From IMG/VR virus record IMGVR_UViG_3300005282_000001, positions 1 to 64,000 of that record: a stretch of 64,000 bases of DNA. One strand, written 5' to 3'. The DNA comes from a virus. Lineage: Duplodnaviria > Caudoviricetes. The translations under genes and the position numbers were made by a program. Below the pieces are notes generated by a model. The model was given only the letters and a program-made list of their open reading frames with translations. It was not told the DNA's origin and searched no databases. This document shows positions 5,955 through 15,500 of this stretch, piece by piece; positions within the stretch are counted from its first letter, which is position 1; every line of letters starts with the position of its first letter.

Positions 5955-6681
5955 AGAGTTCTTACGTAAGATTCGCATCACACGCACAAGGAATACTTAT
6001 GAGTCCTACAAGGCAGCACTAGAATCAATTGGGCACTATAGAAATCTATTGGAGTTCATTGATAAGTCTAAGTTATCCGATAGTACTATTAAGCATCATA
6101 TGATTATCTATGGAAGATACCTAAGTAGTGCAGGAAAGCTTGATAAGAATACCCAGGAGATCATCTCAGAATACCGTGTGACTACTAAGGAAGAACCTTG
6201 CCCAACTCAAGAGGAATACCAAAGAGTTCGTAAGGAAGTATCCAAAAGATATACTCATGCGTTCCTATTGGCATCCCAGTGCGGCTTGCGAGTTTCTGAG
6301 ATCGCAAAGTTAACCATGGAAGACATAGCAGAAAACTATGTTATACTGAGAAATACTAAGAATCATACTACAGTAAAACAGCCGATCTCCAAAGAAACAT
6401 CAAAAGCTATGCGGGAAATTTCTTGGGTAGACTATGGAACAACAAGAGGAATTCAAGCGTACTTTCAGCGGTTACATGAGAAATGCGGCTGTAGTCAACT
6501 TACGGTTCACTCATGGAGACGCTGGTATATCAATTGCCTCGTAAGGAATGGCGTAGAGATTACATTGGTAAGAGCCGCTGCAAGACATAAAAATTTGGGA
6601 TCAACGCAAAAATATATAAATACGGAATCATCGATGGTAGAAGAAGCAATTAATAAAACTTTTAGTGGAGGCGATAAGTAA
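5944..6681 (+). CDS. Tyrosine recombinase/integrase (short, XerC/D-like size)
   Basis: Catalytic R (CGLRVSE), K (NTKN), HxxR (HSWRR), H (ARHKN), Y (TQKY). Confidence 0.9.
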   Translation: MDTKEFLRKIRITRTRNTYESYKAALESIGHYRNLLEFIDKSKLSDSTIKHHMIIYGRYLSSAGKLDKNTQEIISEYRVTTKEEPCPTQEEYQRVRKEVSKRYTHAFLLASQCGLRVSEIAKLTMEDIAENYVILRNTKNHTTVKQPISKETSKAMREISWVDYGTTRGIQAYFQRLHEKCGCSQLTVHSWRRWYINCLVRNGVEITLVRAAARHKNLGSTQKYINTESSMVEEAINKTFSGGDK

Positions 6682-7470
6682 TTGGCAAAGGCAAAAAATC
6701 TAATGGGACAGAAGTTTGATAGACTAACGGTAATAGGAAAATGTAAAGATGTTCATGGTCATCTAGCTTGGATATGTAAGTGCGATTGCGGTAATGAGGT
6801 AGTTAGTCATTCATATAATTTGCTCAAGAAGTCAATCTATTCATCATGTGGATGCTATAATTCAGATTATCATAAAACACATGGTCTATCAAAGACAAGG
6901 GAATATAAATGTTATAGATCTATGATAAATAGGTGCTGTGTGAGTACATCTCAGGACTATAGTAACTATGGGGGAAGAGGAATAACGGTATGCGATAGAT
7001 GGAAAGAATCATTTATTAACTTTTATAATGATATGGGGAAAAGACCGGGTAGTGGATATTCTATAGACAGGATAGACGTTAATGGAAACTACTGTAAGGA
7101 AAATTGCAGGTGGACAACTATGGAAGTTCAAAATAACAACAGAAGAAGTAATAAACTTGTTGAATATAAAGGAGATATTTATACTGTTAGCGAATTATCT
7201 AAAAAGTTAAAAATGAACTACCAAACACTCAAATCAAGACTAAAAAGAGGTCTATCCGATAATGAACTGTCTGGTTCACTAGACATGTCTAAGAAAAGAG
7301 ATATGAAACATCCTAAAGAATTAACTATTTTTTGCAATACGAAGAAGATAACAGAGTGGGGAAACTCTTTAGTAGTTAAGCAAAGGACATTGTACACATG
7401 GTACGCCAAGTACGGAAGAAACAAAACAGAGTCTATGGTAGAACAAGCGATTGCTGAAGTGTTCTTGTGA
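6682..7470 (+). mobile_element. Free-standing HNH-like homing endonuclease gene
   Basis: CKCDCG..SCGC, YGGRGITVCDRW, SIDRIDVNGNYCKENCRW; paralog of 19451 and 24561. Confidence 0.85.
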
Positions 7471-7631
7471 GTGTGTACAAGAACACTGGAGCGTACTTTA
7501 GGAATAACATAGGTAAGTGTAAGGTGATACCATAGAGAACCTCACCAGCCCGCTCACAGGAAGCGCAGGAAGGCTCTGTAGTAAAAACTTATGGTAACTT
7601 TTCGACAAAACGTCGATAACTATAAAAACAA

Positions 7632-8315
7632 ATGGAGGAACGAAAGATGACAAATGAATTAGTAAAGGTAATCAATGGTAAAACAGTAGTATCCAGTAGA
7701 GATGTTGCGGAGAACTTTGGGAAACAACACAAGGATGTATTGGAAATTATCAGAGGTATTTTGGCGGCGGGAAATTCCGCTGCGAAACTATTTGATTCAA
7801 CAGTGTATCTAAATAGAGGTAAGGAATATCCAGAGTATCTAATGAACCGTGATGGGTTCTCATTATTAGTTATGAGCTTCACAGGTCCAGCGGCACTCGA
7901 ATGGAAATTAAAGTACATTGCAGCGTTCAATAGTATGGAACAACGGTTAACATTCGCAATTCCTCAGACTTACGCAGAAGCTCTACAGTTAGCCGCAGAC
8001 CAAGCCAAGGAGTTACTACTGGCTAAGCCCAAAGTAGACTTCTATGATTCCGTAGCAGACTCTAAGGATGCCATAGGAATGGCTGAGGTAGCAAAGGTAC
8101 TCGGTGGAATCGGCAGGAACAAACTTTTCAAGTTCTTGAGAGACCATAAGGTACTCCAAGCGAATAACCTGCCGTACCAGCGGTATATCGACAGTGGATA
8201 CTTTAGAGTCCTTGAGCAGAAGTTTGGTGAACCTGCGCACATCACTACGAAGACACTAGTGTACCAAAGAGGTGTAGAGTACATTGGTAAACTTATGAAA
8301 GCTGAAGAGGTGTAA
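7632..8315 (+). CDS. Rha-family / KilA-C (ANT) antirepressor
   Basis: VSSRDVAENFGKQHKDVL (Rha) plus PKVDFYD...IGRNKLF..LR (KilA-C). Confidence 0.9.
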   Translation: MEERKMTNELVKVINGKTVVSSRDVAENFGKQHKDVLEIIRGILAAGNSAAKLFDSTVYLNRGKEYPEYLMNRDGFSLLVMSFTGPAALEWKLKYIAAFNSMEQRLTFAIPQTYAEALQLAADQAKELLLAKPKVDFYDSVADSKDAIGMAEVAKVLGGIGRNKLFKFLRDHKVLQANNLPYQRYIDSGYFRVLEQKFGEPAHITTKTLVYQRGVEYIGKLMKAEEV

Positions 8316-8319
8316 AATT

Positions 8320-8511
8320 ATGACATACGAAGAATCCTATAGAAACTGTAAAACTTATGAGGAATTCGAAAGAACTGTAAAGAATGATGCTATGATAGCT
8401 ATGTTTATGGGTAGTGCTGATAGGGTTAAAATTATAGAATCCACGGCAACTTCTATAGCTAAAGAAAAGGGCTGGACATATCTAGTACCCATGCGCAAGA
8501 AGAAGGTTTAA
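8320..8511 (+). CDS. Hypothetical protein
   Basis: ORF track; GAGGT SD. Confidence 0.65.
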   Translation: MTYEESYRNCKTYEEFERTVKNDAMIAMFMGSADRVKIIESTATSIAKEKGWTYLVPMRKKKV

Positions 8512-8514
8512 CAA

Positions 8515-8802
8515 ATGAAACATAAGAGACTTACTGACGATGAACTATGGAAAGTTTTTGAGCTATTGAATTACGAAGAACACCACGGTATCTTCTGTAC
8601 ACAGTTGTTTAACAAGATAAGACCCATGGCAGAAGAACTTAGGGAACGTAGGTATCCAGAGTTAACCTTATGCGATGCTATTGAGAAAGATAAGCATGGG
8701 AAGTGTATGGGACGCCAAGTAGAATTTTGCAATGAATGCCCTAAACTTGTGAAAGTCTCGGGTGAACGAAGTGAACAGGAGGTAACAAATGAAAATCCAT
8801 GA
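8515..8802 (+). CDS. Hypothetical protein
   Basis: ORF track; its 3' end encodes partial element copy 4. Confidence 0.65.
   Translation: MKHKRLTDDELWKVFELLNYEEHHGIFCTQLFNKIRPMAEELRERRYPELTLCDAIEKDKHGKCMGRQVEFCNECPKLVKVSGERSEQEVTNENP
8759..8782 (+). repeat. Double-hairpin/RBS element, copy 4 (3' half only)
   Basis: GGG-TGAACGAAGTGAA-CAGGAGG. Confidence 0.75.
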
Positions 8803-8959
8803 GATCCCATATGTAACAGCAGTAATTCACACGGAAACAAATGGAAGCAGAGGAAATCACAAGAGTTTTGAGGAAGAACTCAAGGAACAACTGGCAAACA
8901 AAACGGTTACACAGGGCGTAACGGGTGAACGTAGTGAACAGGAGGATAACAAATGTTAA
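8789..8959 (+). CDS. Hypothetical protein (56 aa)
   Basis: Hand-translated MKIHEIPYVTAV...; sits between element copies 4 and 5. Confidence 0.6.
   Translation: MKIHEIPYVTAVIHTETNGSRGNHKSFEEELKEQLANKTVTQGVTGERSEQEDNKC
8904..8945 (+). repeat. Double-hairpin/RBS element, copy 5
   Basis: CG-GTTACAC-AGG-GCGTAAC-GGG-TGAACGTAGTGAA-CAGGAGG. Confidence 0.9.
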
Positions 8960-9300
8960 CTGAAACACAGCAGGCGATTGAACTTATCAAAGCCGCAGGA
9001 GATCCATTGTATCAAATGGCGGTGCAAAAGTATTTTTATGAACTCCACAGTACAGAGGTATGTATAGGGATATACTTGGGAATATTGTTGGTCCTGCTAT
9101 GCTCTATGAGGTATTTAAATAAGGTTGATGCAAGGGAAACTGATTATTGGCAAGAAGACATTGATACTGTTGTAATGGCACTTGTGGTGATTGCTATAGG
9201 TGACCTTGGAATACTCCTGTATTATTTAAATAACCTATGTGCATATCTATTTACACCAGAATATTCTACTGTACAATTTATGGTAAATCTATTAAAATAA
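8953..9300 (+). CDS. Membrane protein (2 TM)
   Basis: Two hydrophobic segments; AGGAGG SD. Confidence 0.75.
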   Translation: MLTETQQAIELIKAAGDPLYQMAVQKYFYELHSTEVCIGIYLGILLVLLCSMRYLNKVDARETDYWQEDIDTVVMALVVIAIGDLGILLYYLNNLCAYLFTPEYSTVQFMVNLLK

Positions 9301-9321
9301 CAAGAGGGAGCAGGTGAGCTA

Positions 9322-9492
9322 ATGGAACTTTGGATGATTTGTGCAGTACTCTCAGTAATCCCAGCGTACATTGCGGATTCAAAAGGGTACAATTGGAAAC
9401 TATGGTATCTTGCAGCGTGGTCATTGAATTTCTTCACGCTAATCCCAGTGATAGTTATTGTTTTATGCTTGAGAAAGAAGGGAAACAAATGA
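9322..9492 (+). CDS. Small membrane protein (56 aa)
   Basis: Hand-translated MELWMICAVLSVIPAYIADSKGYNWKLWY...; AGGT SD; ATGA overlap. Confidence 0.65.
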   Translation: MELWMICAVLSVIPAYIADSKGYNWKLWYLAAWSLNFFTLIPVIVIVLCLRKKGNK

Positions 9493-10172
9493 AAACAGTA
9501 GAAGTACCATTTATATTCAATGCAAAACTTAAGAAAGACCTTATGGATAACGAAAGGATTTGTCCAGTATGCCATGGGACTGGCTTGGAAATTGTAGACA
9601 ATGAGTATGGTATCAAAGGAGACAATAGTACCGTAAGATTCCCATACAAACATCAGTCGCTTTCCTCATGTCGCAATTGTTACAATGGAGTTGTAAAAGT
9701 ATGTGAGTTCTGTGGCAAGGAAATCAATAGGTATCATTACGATTGCTCATGTAATGCATACGTAGCCTCTGGCAGAGCTAAGAGGAAACAACAGGAAACC
9801 GAAAGAATACAAAAGTTATTCGAGGATGCCTATCCTTTGTCTCTTGGGAAAGCCGCAAGAGAACTTGAGTATGTTCACGTGGAAGAAACTGAAGAATACA
9901 TTTGTGCTGATGATTCTGATTTGATACGTGAGAAATTAGCAGAAGGGTATCATGTGTTCGCAACAGAACCTGTAGAGATGCAATTGGATGCCTTCAGTAT
10001 CTGTGAAAGTGCCTGCGATGAATTACACGAAGGTGCTATGGATAACTTAGATACCGATAGTTTACAAGAGATACTTGACAAATGGATTCAAGAGGAAGCA
10101 AAGGGGACTCTTACGTTTTACCCAAACTATGACATAGCAATTGTTGAGGAAGGCGGAGATGATAACCAATGA
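9489..10172 (+). CDS. Zinc-finger protein (CxxCxGxG, DnaJ-like Zn ribbon)
   Basis: CPVCHGTG, CRNCYNG, CEFCG; start corrected from track 9330. Confidence 0.7.
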   Translation: MKTVEVPFIFNAKLKKDLMDNERICPVCHGTGLEIVDNEYGIKGDNSTVRFPYKHQSLSSCRNCYNGVVKVCEFCGKEINRYHYDCSCNAYVASGRAKRKQQETERIQKLFEDAYPLSLGKAARELEYVHVEETEEYICADDSDLIREKLAEGYHVFATEPVEMQLDAFSICESACDELHEGAMDNLDTDSLQEILDKWIQEEAKGTLTFYPNYDIAIVEEGGDDNQ

Positions 10173-10621
10173 TTATAACCAAAGAGTTTCTTAAGTCTAT
10201 ATGTCCAGAAGTCAAAGGAGAATCTGATAAATACTCATGGAATCTATACAGATTTCTAAAGAACCACACTGAGGATGACATTAGAGTTTTTAAAAGCGAC
10301 TCTAATGTGACCATTGTCGGACATCAGTATCACGATGGAGTCAGCGGAAAAGAACTCATGTCATTACTAAGAGAAACCAGAAGAGAGCCAGAGTTTTGGG
10401 TTGATGACTATTGGGGACTTAAAGAAGACGAAAGTTTCTTTACTGAATACCAAAGAATCGGTAGATGCCTCATGATCCCCCACGATTACCCATGGTATAT
10501 TGGAGAAGAACATAGGTTTACTCGCATAGGTAACACGAGAAGATGCGATTGGTGCGGCAAGTGGGAACAAATGGCGATCCATAAGAAGACTAAGATAACA
10601 AGGGAGGAAGTATGGGAATGA
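10169..10621 (+). CDS. Hypothetical protein
   Basis: ORF track; ATGA overlap. Confidence 0.7.
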   Translation: MIITKEFLKSICPEVKGESDKYSWNLYRFLKNHTEDDIRVFKSDSNVTIVGHQYHDGVSGKELMSLLRETRREPEFWVDDYWGLKEDESFFTEYQRIGRCLMIPHDYPWYIGEEHRFTRIGNTRRCDWCGKWEQMAIHKKTKITREEVWE

Positions 10622-10872
10622 CACCATATGAGGCTTTTGTACTCGTAGGAGCTTTCAGATATGCCTCTGGCAGACATACGTATGCTATGAGTATCGTTGC
10701 GGAAGCTATAGAATCTAAAGTAGAACAATTGAGCACTGATGATATCCACGGGTTGCTCAAGGAAATCGAAAGAAGATGTAGTGATTCTAAGGTAATCCCA
10801 TGGGATACCATTGGGCATGAAGAGGAAATTGTGATGGAGCTCAAGAGGATACTAGAGGAAGCACTTGAATAA
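10612..10872 (+). CDS. Hypothetical protein
   Basis: ORF track; FRYASGRHTY motif. Confidence 0.65.
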   Translation: MGMTPYEAFVLVGAFRYASGRHTYAMSIVAEAIESKVEQLSTDDIHGLLKEIERRCSDSKVIPWDTIGHEEEIVMELKRILEEALE

Positions 10873-11161
10873 CCAAACAATCCAAGAGAAAGTCAAGCAA
10901 CGTCGCAGGCAACTCATAGTACACTCATATATTTACTATTGCTTAGATGAGAATATCATAAGTGACCGCAAGTGGTCCGAGTGGGCACAAGAGCTTGTCG
11001 AGTTACAACAGAAGTACCCTAAGGAATCCGCTGAGGTAGAGTATTGGAATATCTTTAGGGACTTCGATGGCAGCACAGGTTTCCACTTGACAGTCGATTG
11101 TGATCCATGGGTTGAACCAGTGGCAAAACTTTTGCTTGACAGAAGGAATAACAAGGGGTAA
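10865..11161 (+). CDS. Stand-alone protein resembling the N-terminal (Ia) subdomain of NAD-dependent DNA ligase
   Basis: HSYIYY.LD..IISD..W resembles LigA YY..D.P.ISD.EYD; no adenylation lysine domain. Confidence 0.55.
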   Translation: MNNQTIQEKVKQRRRQLIVHSYIYYCLDENIISDRKWSEWAQELVELQQKYPKESAEVEYWNIFRDFDGSTGFHLTVDCDPWVEPVAKLLLDRRNNKG

Positions 11162-11177
11162 CATAAGGATATCAAAT

Positions 11178-11220
11178 CGGTTATGCAAGGCGTAACGGGT
11201 GAGCAAAAGCGAACAGGAGG
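11178..11220 (+). repeat. Double-hairpin/RBS element, copy 6
   Basis: CG-GTTATGC-AAG-GCGTAAC-GGG-TGAGCAAAAGCGAA-CAGGAGG. Confidence 0.9.
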
Positions 11221-11228
11221 GATAACAA

Positions 11229-11693
11229 ATGACACTCGCAGAAAAACTAGAGAATTTCAAAACAACGCCTGTAGGAATAGCGGTGAGAACAAGAGAAGTA
11301 GCAGTATTACTTGGGGAAGTTATGGAGACTATAGGCATCAAAGGAAACATGGGAGGTCCAATGATGTTTGCTATGGGGATGTGCTGGGAAAAGTATAGGA
11401 AATCTAAAGAAATGTATGTAACTAAGAATCATCCGCAAGGTATCGCTGGTAGATTTGGAGCTGGTGTAATCAGTAGGTCTGGTAGAAATCTTGACGAAAT
11501 CTATGAGGTTACTGTAGAAGAACTCAAGGAATACTTGGATACCATCGGGTATCTTAAGAAACTACAGAAGCCCACTTGCTTCACCTGTAAGTTCTATGAT
11601 AATTACTCTGGAGCCTGTGGAAATGGGCTAAGCGAATACAGAGGTGACTTCACGAACGCTACAGATTCATGTGAACAACACGAGAGAGGATAA
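11229..11693 (+). CDS. Hypothetical protein with C-terminal Cys cluster
   Basis: CFTC...C...C; SD from element copy 6. Confidence 0.7.
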   Translation: MTLAEKLENFKTTPVGIAVRTREVAVLLGEVMETIGIKGNMGGPMMFAMGMCWEKYRKSKEMYVTKNHPQGIAGRFGAGVISRSGRNLDEIYEVTVEELKEYLDTIGYLKKLQKPTCFTCKFYDNYSGACGNGLSEYRGDFTNATDSCEQHERG

Positions 11694-11831
11694 TAGACGT
11701 ACTTGTGGCTTCCTGTGAGCGTCCTGGAGCGTACTTTAGTAATTACCAATATAAGTCATAGGGTGGCATAAGAAACACTCTAGGGACAAACGTGAGGAAG
11801 TCAATAGTTAAACTTAGGAGGAAACAGAAGA

Positions 11832-12566
11832 ATGGCAAAAGATATACAGATGTTTACAAATGAAAACTTTGGGAATGTAAGAGTAATTGAAGAAAATGGT
11901 AAAGTATTATTCGTGGGGTCAGATGTGGCTAAAGCGTTGGGGTACTCCAATAGAACCGATGCTATTGCAAGACATTGTAGGTGTGTCGTGAAACGCGATA
12001 TACCTCATCCACAAAACAATAGTACAACACAAGAGGTCAGTGTTATCACTGAGGGCGACATGTACCGCTTGATTACCCATAGTAAACTACCAGAGGCTCA
12101 AAAGTTTGAATCATGGGTATTTGATGAGGTTCTCCCAAGTATCCGCAAGAGTGGCACGTATTCCCTTGTACCCGACAGTTATACCATTGAAGACCCAATT
12201 GAACGTGCTAAGGCTTGGATAGGGGAACAAGAGAAACATCGTGCGGAAATTGCTGTGTTAGCTCCAAAGGCTGCTTTCTTTGATGATGTAGCGGATTCCA
12301 AGAGTGCCATTAGTATGTCAGAGGTTGCAAAGGTACTTGCGATTCCTAGTGTAGGACGTAACAAACTCTTTGGGTTACTGAGGGAACACAAGGTGCTCAT
12401 GAGTGACAACAGACCATACCAGAGATACATTGATAACGGATGGTTCCGTATGGTTGAACAAAAGTATTCTAAGGAGAATGGGGATACTGTTGTAACCACA
12501 AAGGCTCTTGTGTTCCAAAAGGGAGTCGATGGGATTCGTAAGGTAATTGGAAAGGGGAACATATGA
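11832..12566 (+). CDS. BRO-N / KilA-C antirepressor
   Basis: FGNVRVI...FVGSDVAKALGY, EGDMYRLI..S.LPEAQKFESWVFDEVLPSIRK (BRO-N) plus KilA-C. Confidence 0.92.
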   Translation: MAKDIQMFTNENFGNVRVIEENGKVLFVGSDVAKALGYSNRTDAIARHCRCVVKRDIPHPQNNSTTQEVSVITEGDMYRLITHSKLPEAQKFESWVFDEVLPSIRKSGTYSLVPDSYTIEDPIERAKAWIGEQEKHRAEIAVLAPKAAFFDDVADSKSAISMSEVAKVLAIPSVGRNKLFGLLREHKVLMSDNRPYQRYIDNGWFRMVEQKYSKENGDTVVTTKALVFQKGVDGIRKVIGKGNI

Positions 12567-15500
12567 GTTACTGTAGTCTCCACTGCCATACCGACCAGAG
12601 CCTCCTAGACGGGTACGAAACGATCCAAGAGCTCGTAGGGCGTGCAAAGGAACTTGGGTATCCAGCAGTAGGCTTATCGGACCATGGGACAATGCGAGGG
12701 GTTGTCAAGTTTTACAAGGAGTGCCAAGCAGCCGGAGTGAAACCTATTGTTGGTTGCGAGTTTTACTTTTGCCCCGATGTGACAATCAAGAGTAAGAACT
12801 ATCACTTACTTTTGTTCGCTATGGATAACACAGGATACATGAACTTGAAACTGCTGGATTCCTTTGCATATCGTGAGGAGAACTTCCACAATCGCCCAAG
12901 GATTGACGAGGATATCCTGCGGGAACATAGCGAAGGCATTGTATGCCTAACAGCTTGTATGGCGTCTATTGTGAATACTGAAGTTGGTGAAGAGTGGCTG
13001 CTGAAATTTAAGGATATCTTTGGCGACCGCCTATTCGCTGAGATTCAACCGTTGAACCTTGAGAAACAGCAGGTATACAATGGTAAAGTCGTGGAACTCG
13101 CAAGGAAACATGGGGTTCCATTAGTAGTTACCACAGATGCTCATTACGCTCGCAAGGAAGATGAAAAGTATCACCAGGCGTGGACTATGATTCATGGGTT
13201 CCGCTATGATGACTATGAGAATTACTTATGGAGCGAAGAGGAAATCAGAAGTACCTCATGGATTCCTAAAGACACCATAGAGGAAGCAATAGGAAATACG
13301 CAACGAATCGCTGATATGTGTAATGTTACCATAGAAGTTGAAGGGAATCACTTTCCTAAGTATCCTGTAGAGAATGCGGTGGAAAAAGTTAAGGAAATCT
13401 GTAGAGAAAACTTTAGAGAACTAGTGCCACAAGGGAAATACAAGGAATATGGTGAGAGGTTCCATGATGAACTTAGGGTACTCGAAAAGTTAGACTACTT
13501 GAATTACATGTTAATCGTATGGGACCTTATGGAATGGTGCAAGAACAATAGTATACCCACTGGTTATGGCAGAGGAAGTGCCAGTGGTTCACTTGTTGGA
13601 TATCTTATGAGATTACACAAGATTGACCCTATAAAGTACGGAGTTGAGTTCTTTAGATTTGCTAATGAGTTCAGAAAAACCACGGCCGACATAGATTCAG
13701 ATGTTTCCCGTAGACATCGCGGGGAAATTATAGAGTACGTTAAGAAACGCTATGGAACAGTTACCAAGGTTCAAACTTTAGGGTATACTAAAAATCCCGA
13801 GAAGAATGATGTAGGTAAAGCAGCGGTACTTAAGGCTGTTCAGAGTCTTGGTGAGTTTGAGAAGGAATCCACAGGAGAAAAAGAAGCATTCATATGGACT
13901 CGTAAGAAAGCTATGGTAATTACAAAGAATCTACAAGAATCTCTTGAGGAAATCCTTACGATCCCATCAGAGTTTACGCAAGAGCAACGTGAGGAACTGC
14001 TAGATATCGCAACACATTTCTTAGGGCGTGTGGTTATGACAGGTTGCCATGCAAGTGCTGTAGTTGTTACTCCAGATGCCATAGAAAACTATTGTCCTGT
14101 TGAGGGAGCAAAAGTTCGTGATGCATCTACTGGAGAAACAACTTATACTTCTATGGCTGGCTATGAATACCACACAGTTGAAGAAATGGGACTTATGAAA
14201 CTTGATATACTTGGGTTGAATACTTTGGATATCATTGATGATGCCGTAAAGTACATTAAGGAGTTCCAAGGGATTGATGTGGATATTGACAAGATTATAT
14301 TTGATGATCCAAAGGTGTTCGCAGAGTACGCAGCGGGAGAAACTACAGGGTTCTTCCAGATGGAATCATCAGGTATGCGTAAGTTAGCTAAGGATATGAA
14401 TGTATCAAGCTTTAAGGATACTTCTGCACTCGTGGCGTTGTTCCGTCCAGGCCCACTTGGTTCTGGTATGGCTCAACAGTATGTCGATGGTAAAAATGGG
14501 GTAGAAATAAAGTATCCCAATGAAGCTATGAAGAAACACACGGAAGAAACATTTGGGGTTCTTGTGTATCAAGAGCAGATCATGAAGGTTGCTATGGATA
14601 TGTGCGGATGGGACTTAGGGCAAGCAGATACTCTTAGGAAAATCATAGGACGCAAGGAAGTCACTAAGATAAATGAGATAACAGAACAATTCATTGTGGA
14701 TTCTGTGAAGAATGGCGAAGATGAATCAGTTGCAAAAAAAGTAGCGGAACAAATAAAATCTGCTGGTAACTATGTTTTTAATAGATGTTTAAGCGGCAGA
14801 GAAACTATAAAACGCCAGACAATGAATGGTAGGTTCATGTCAATTGGTGAAATTTATAAAACTATGTATGATAAGCAGTGGGCTAAAGAGAATGGACATG
14901 CTGACTTACATTCCAAATACAAGAGGAACGGTTATGGCGGCGGATTATCAATGATTGATGGGAAGATACTTCCGAATAAAATAGTTGACATAAGGTACAC
15001 AGGAGAAATGGAAGTATACTTAGTGACTACAGAAACTGGTAAGAAACTAAGATGCACTATGAATCATAAGATACCAACGCCAAATGGTATAAAACAACTG
15101 TCAGAAATATCAGTTGGAGAACTTTTGTATGTCGATGGTGGCTATGATGCTTCTAAGAATAACTATAATTTGTATTCTGAGTTAATGCCAGTGAACGCCG
15201 AAGTTGGACATGCCGGATTCACAAATAGACCAAATGGTAACTCAGTTAAGTTTGCAGACGCTAGATATTTTATGAAGAACATGATGGCTCCATGTGAACG
15301 CTGCGGTAAAATCTCTGGTTACAAAGCTGGATTTGAGTTACATCATATTGACAAGGATCGCGAGAATAATTCCAATGAAAACCTCATGTGGTTATGCAAT
15401 GGTTGTCACAAGAAGGAACATTACGCAAACGGTAGAACCAAAAGAGGCGAAAAGGGGCATTTGCTAGCAACAGAATCAATAGTATCTATAGAGTACGAAT

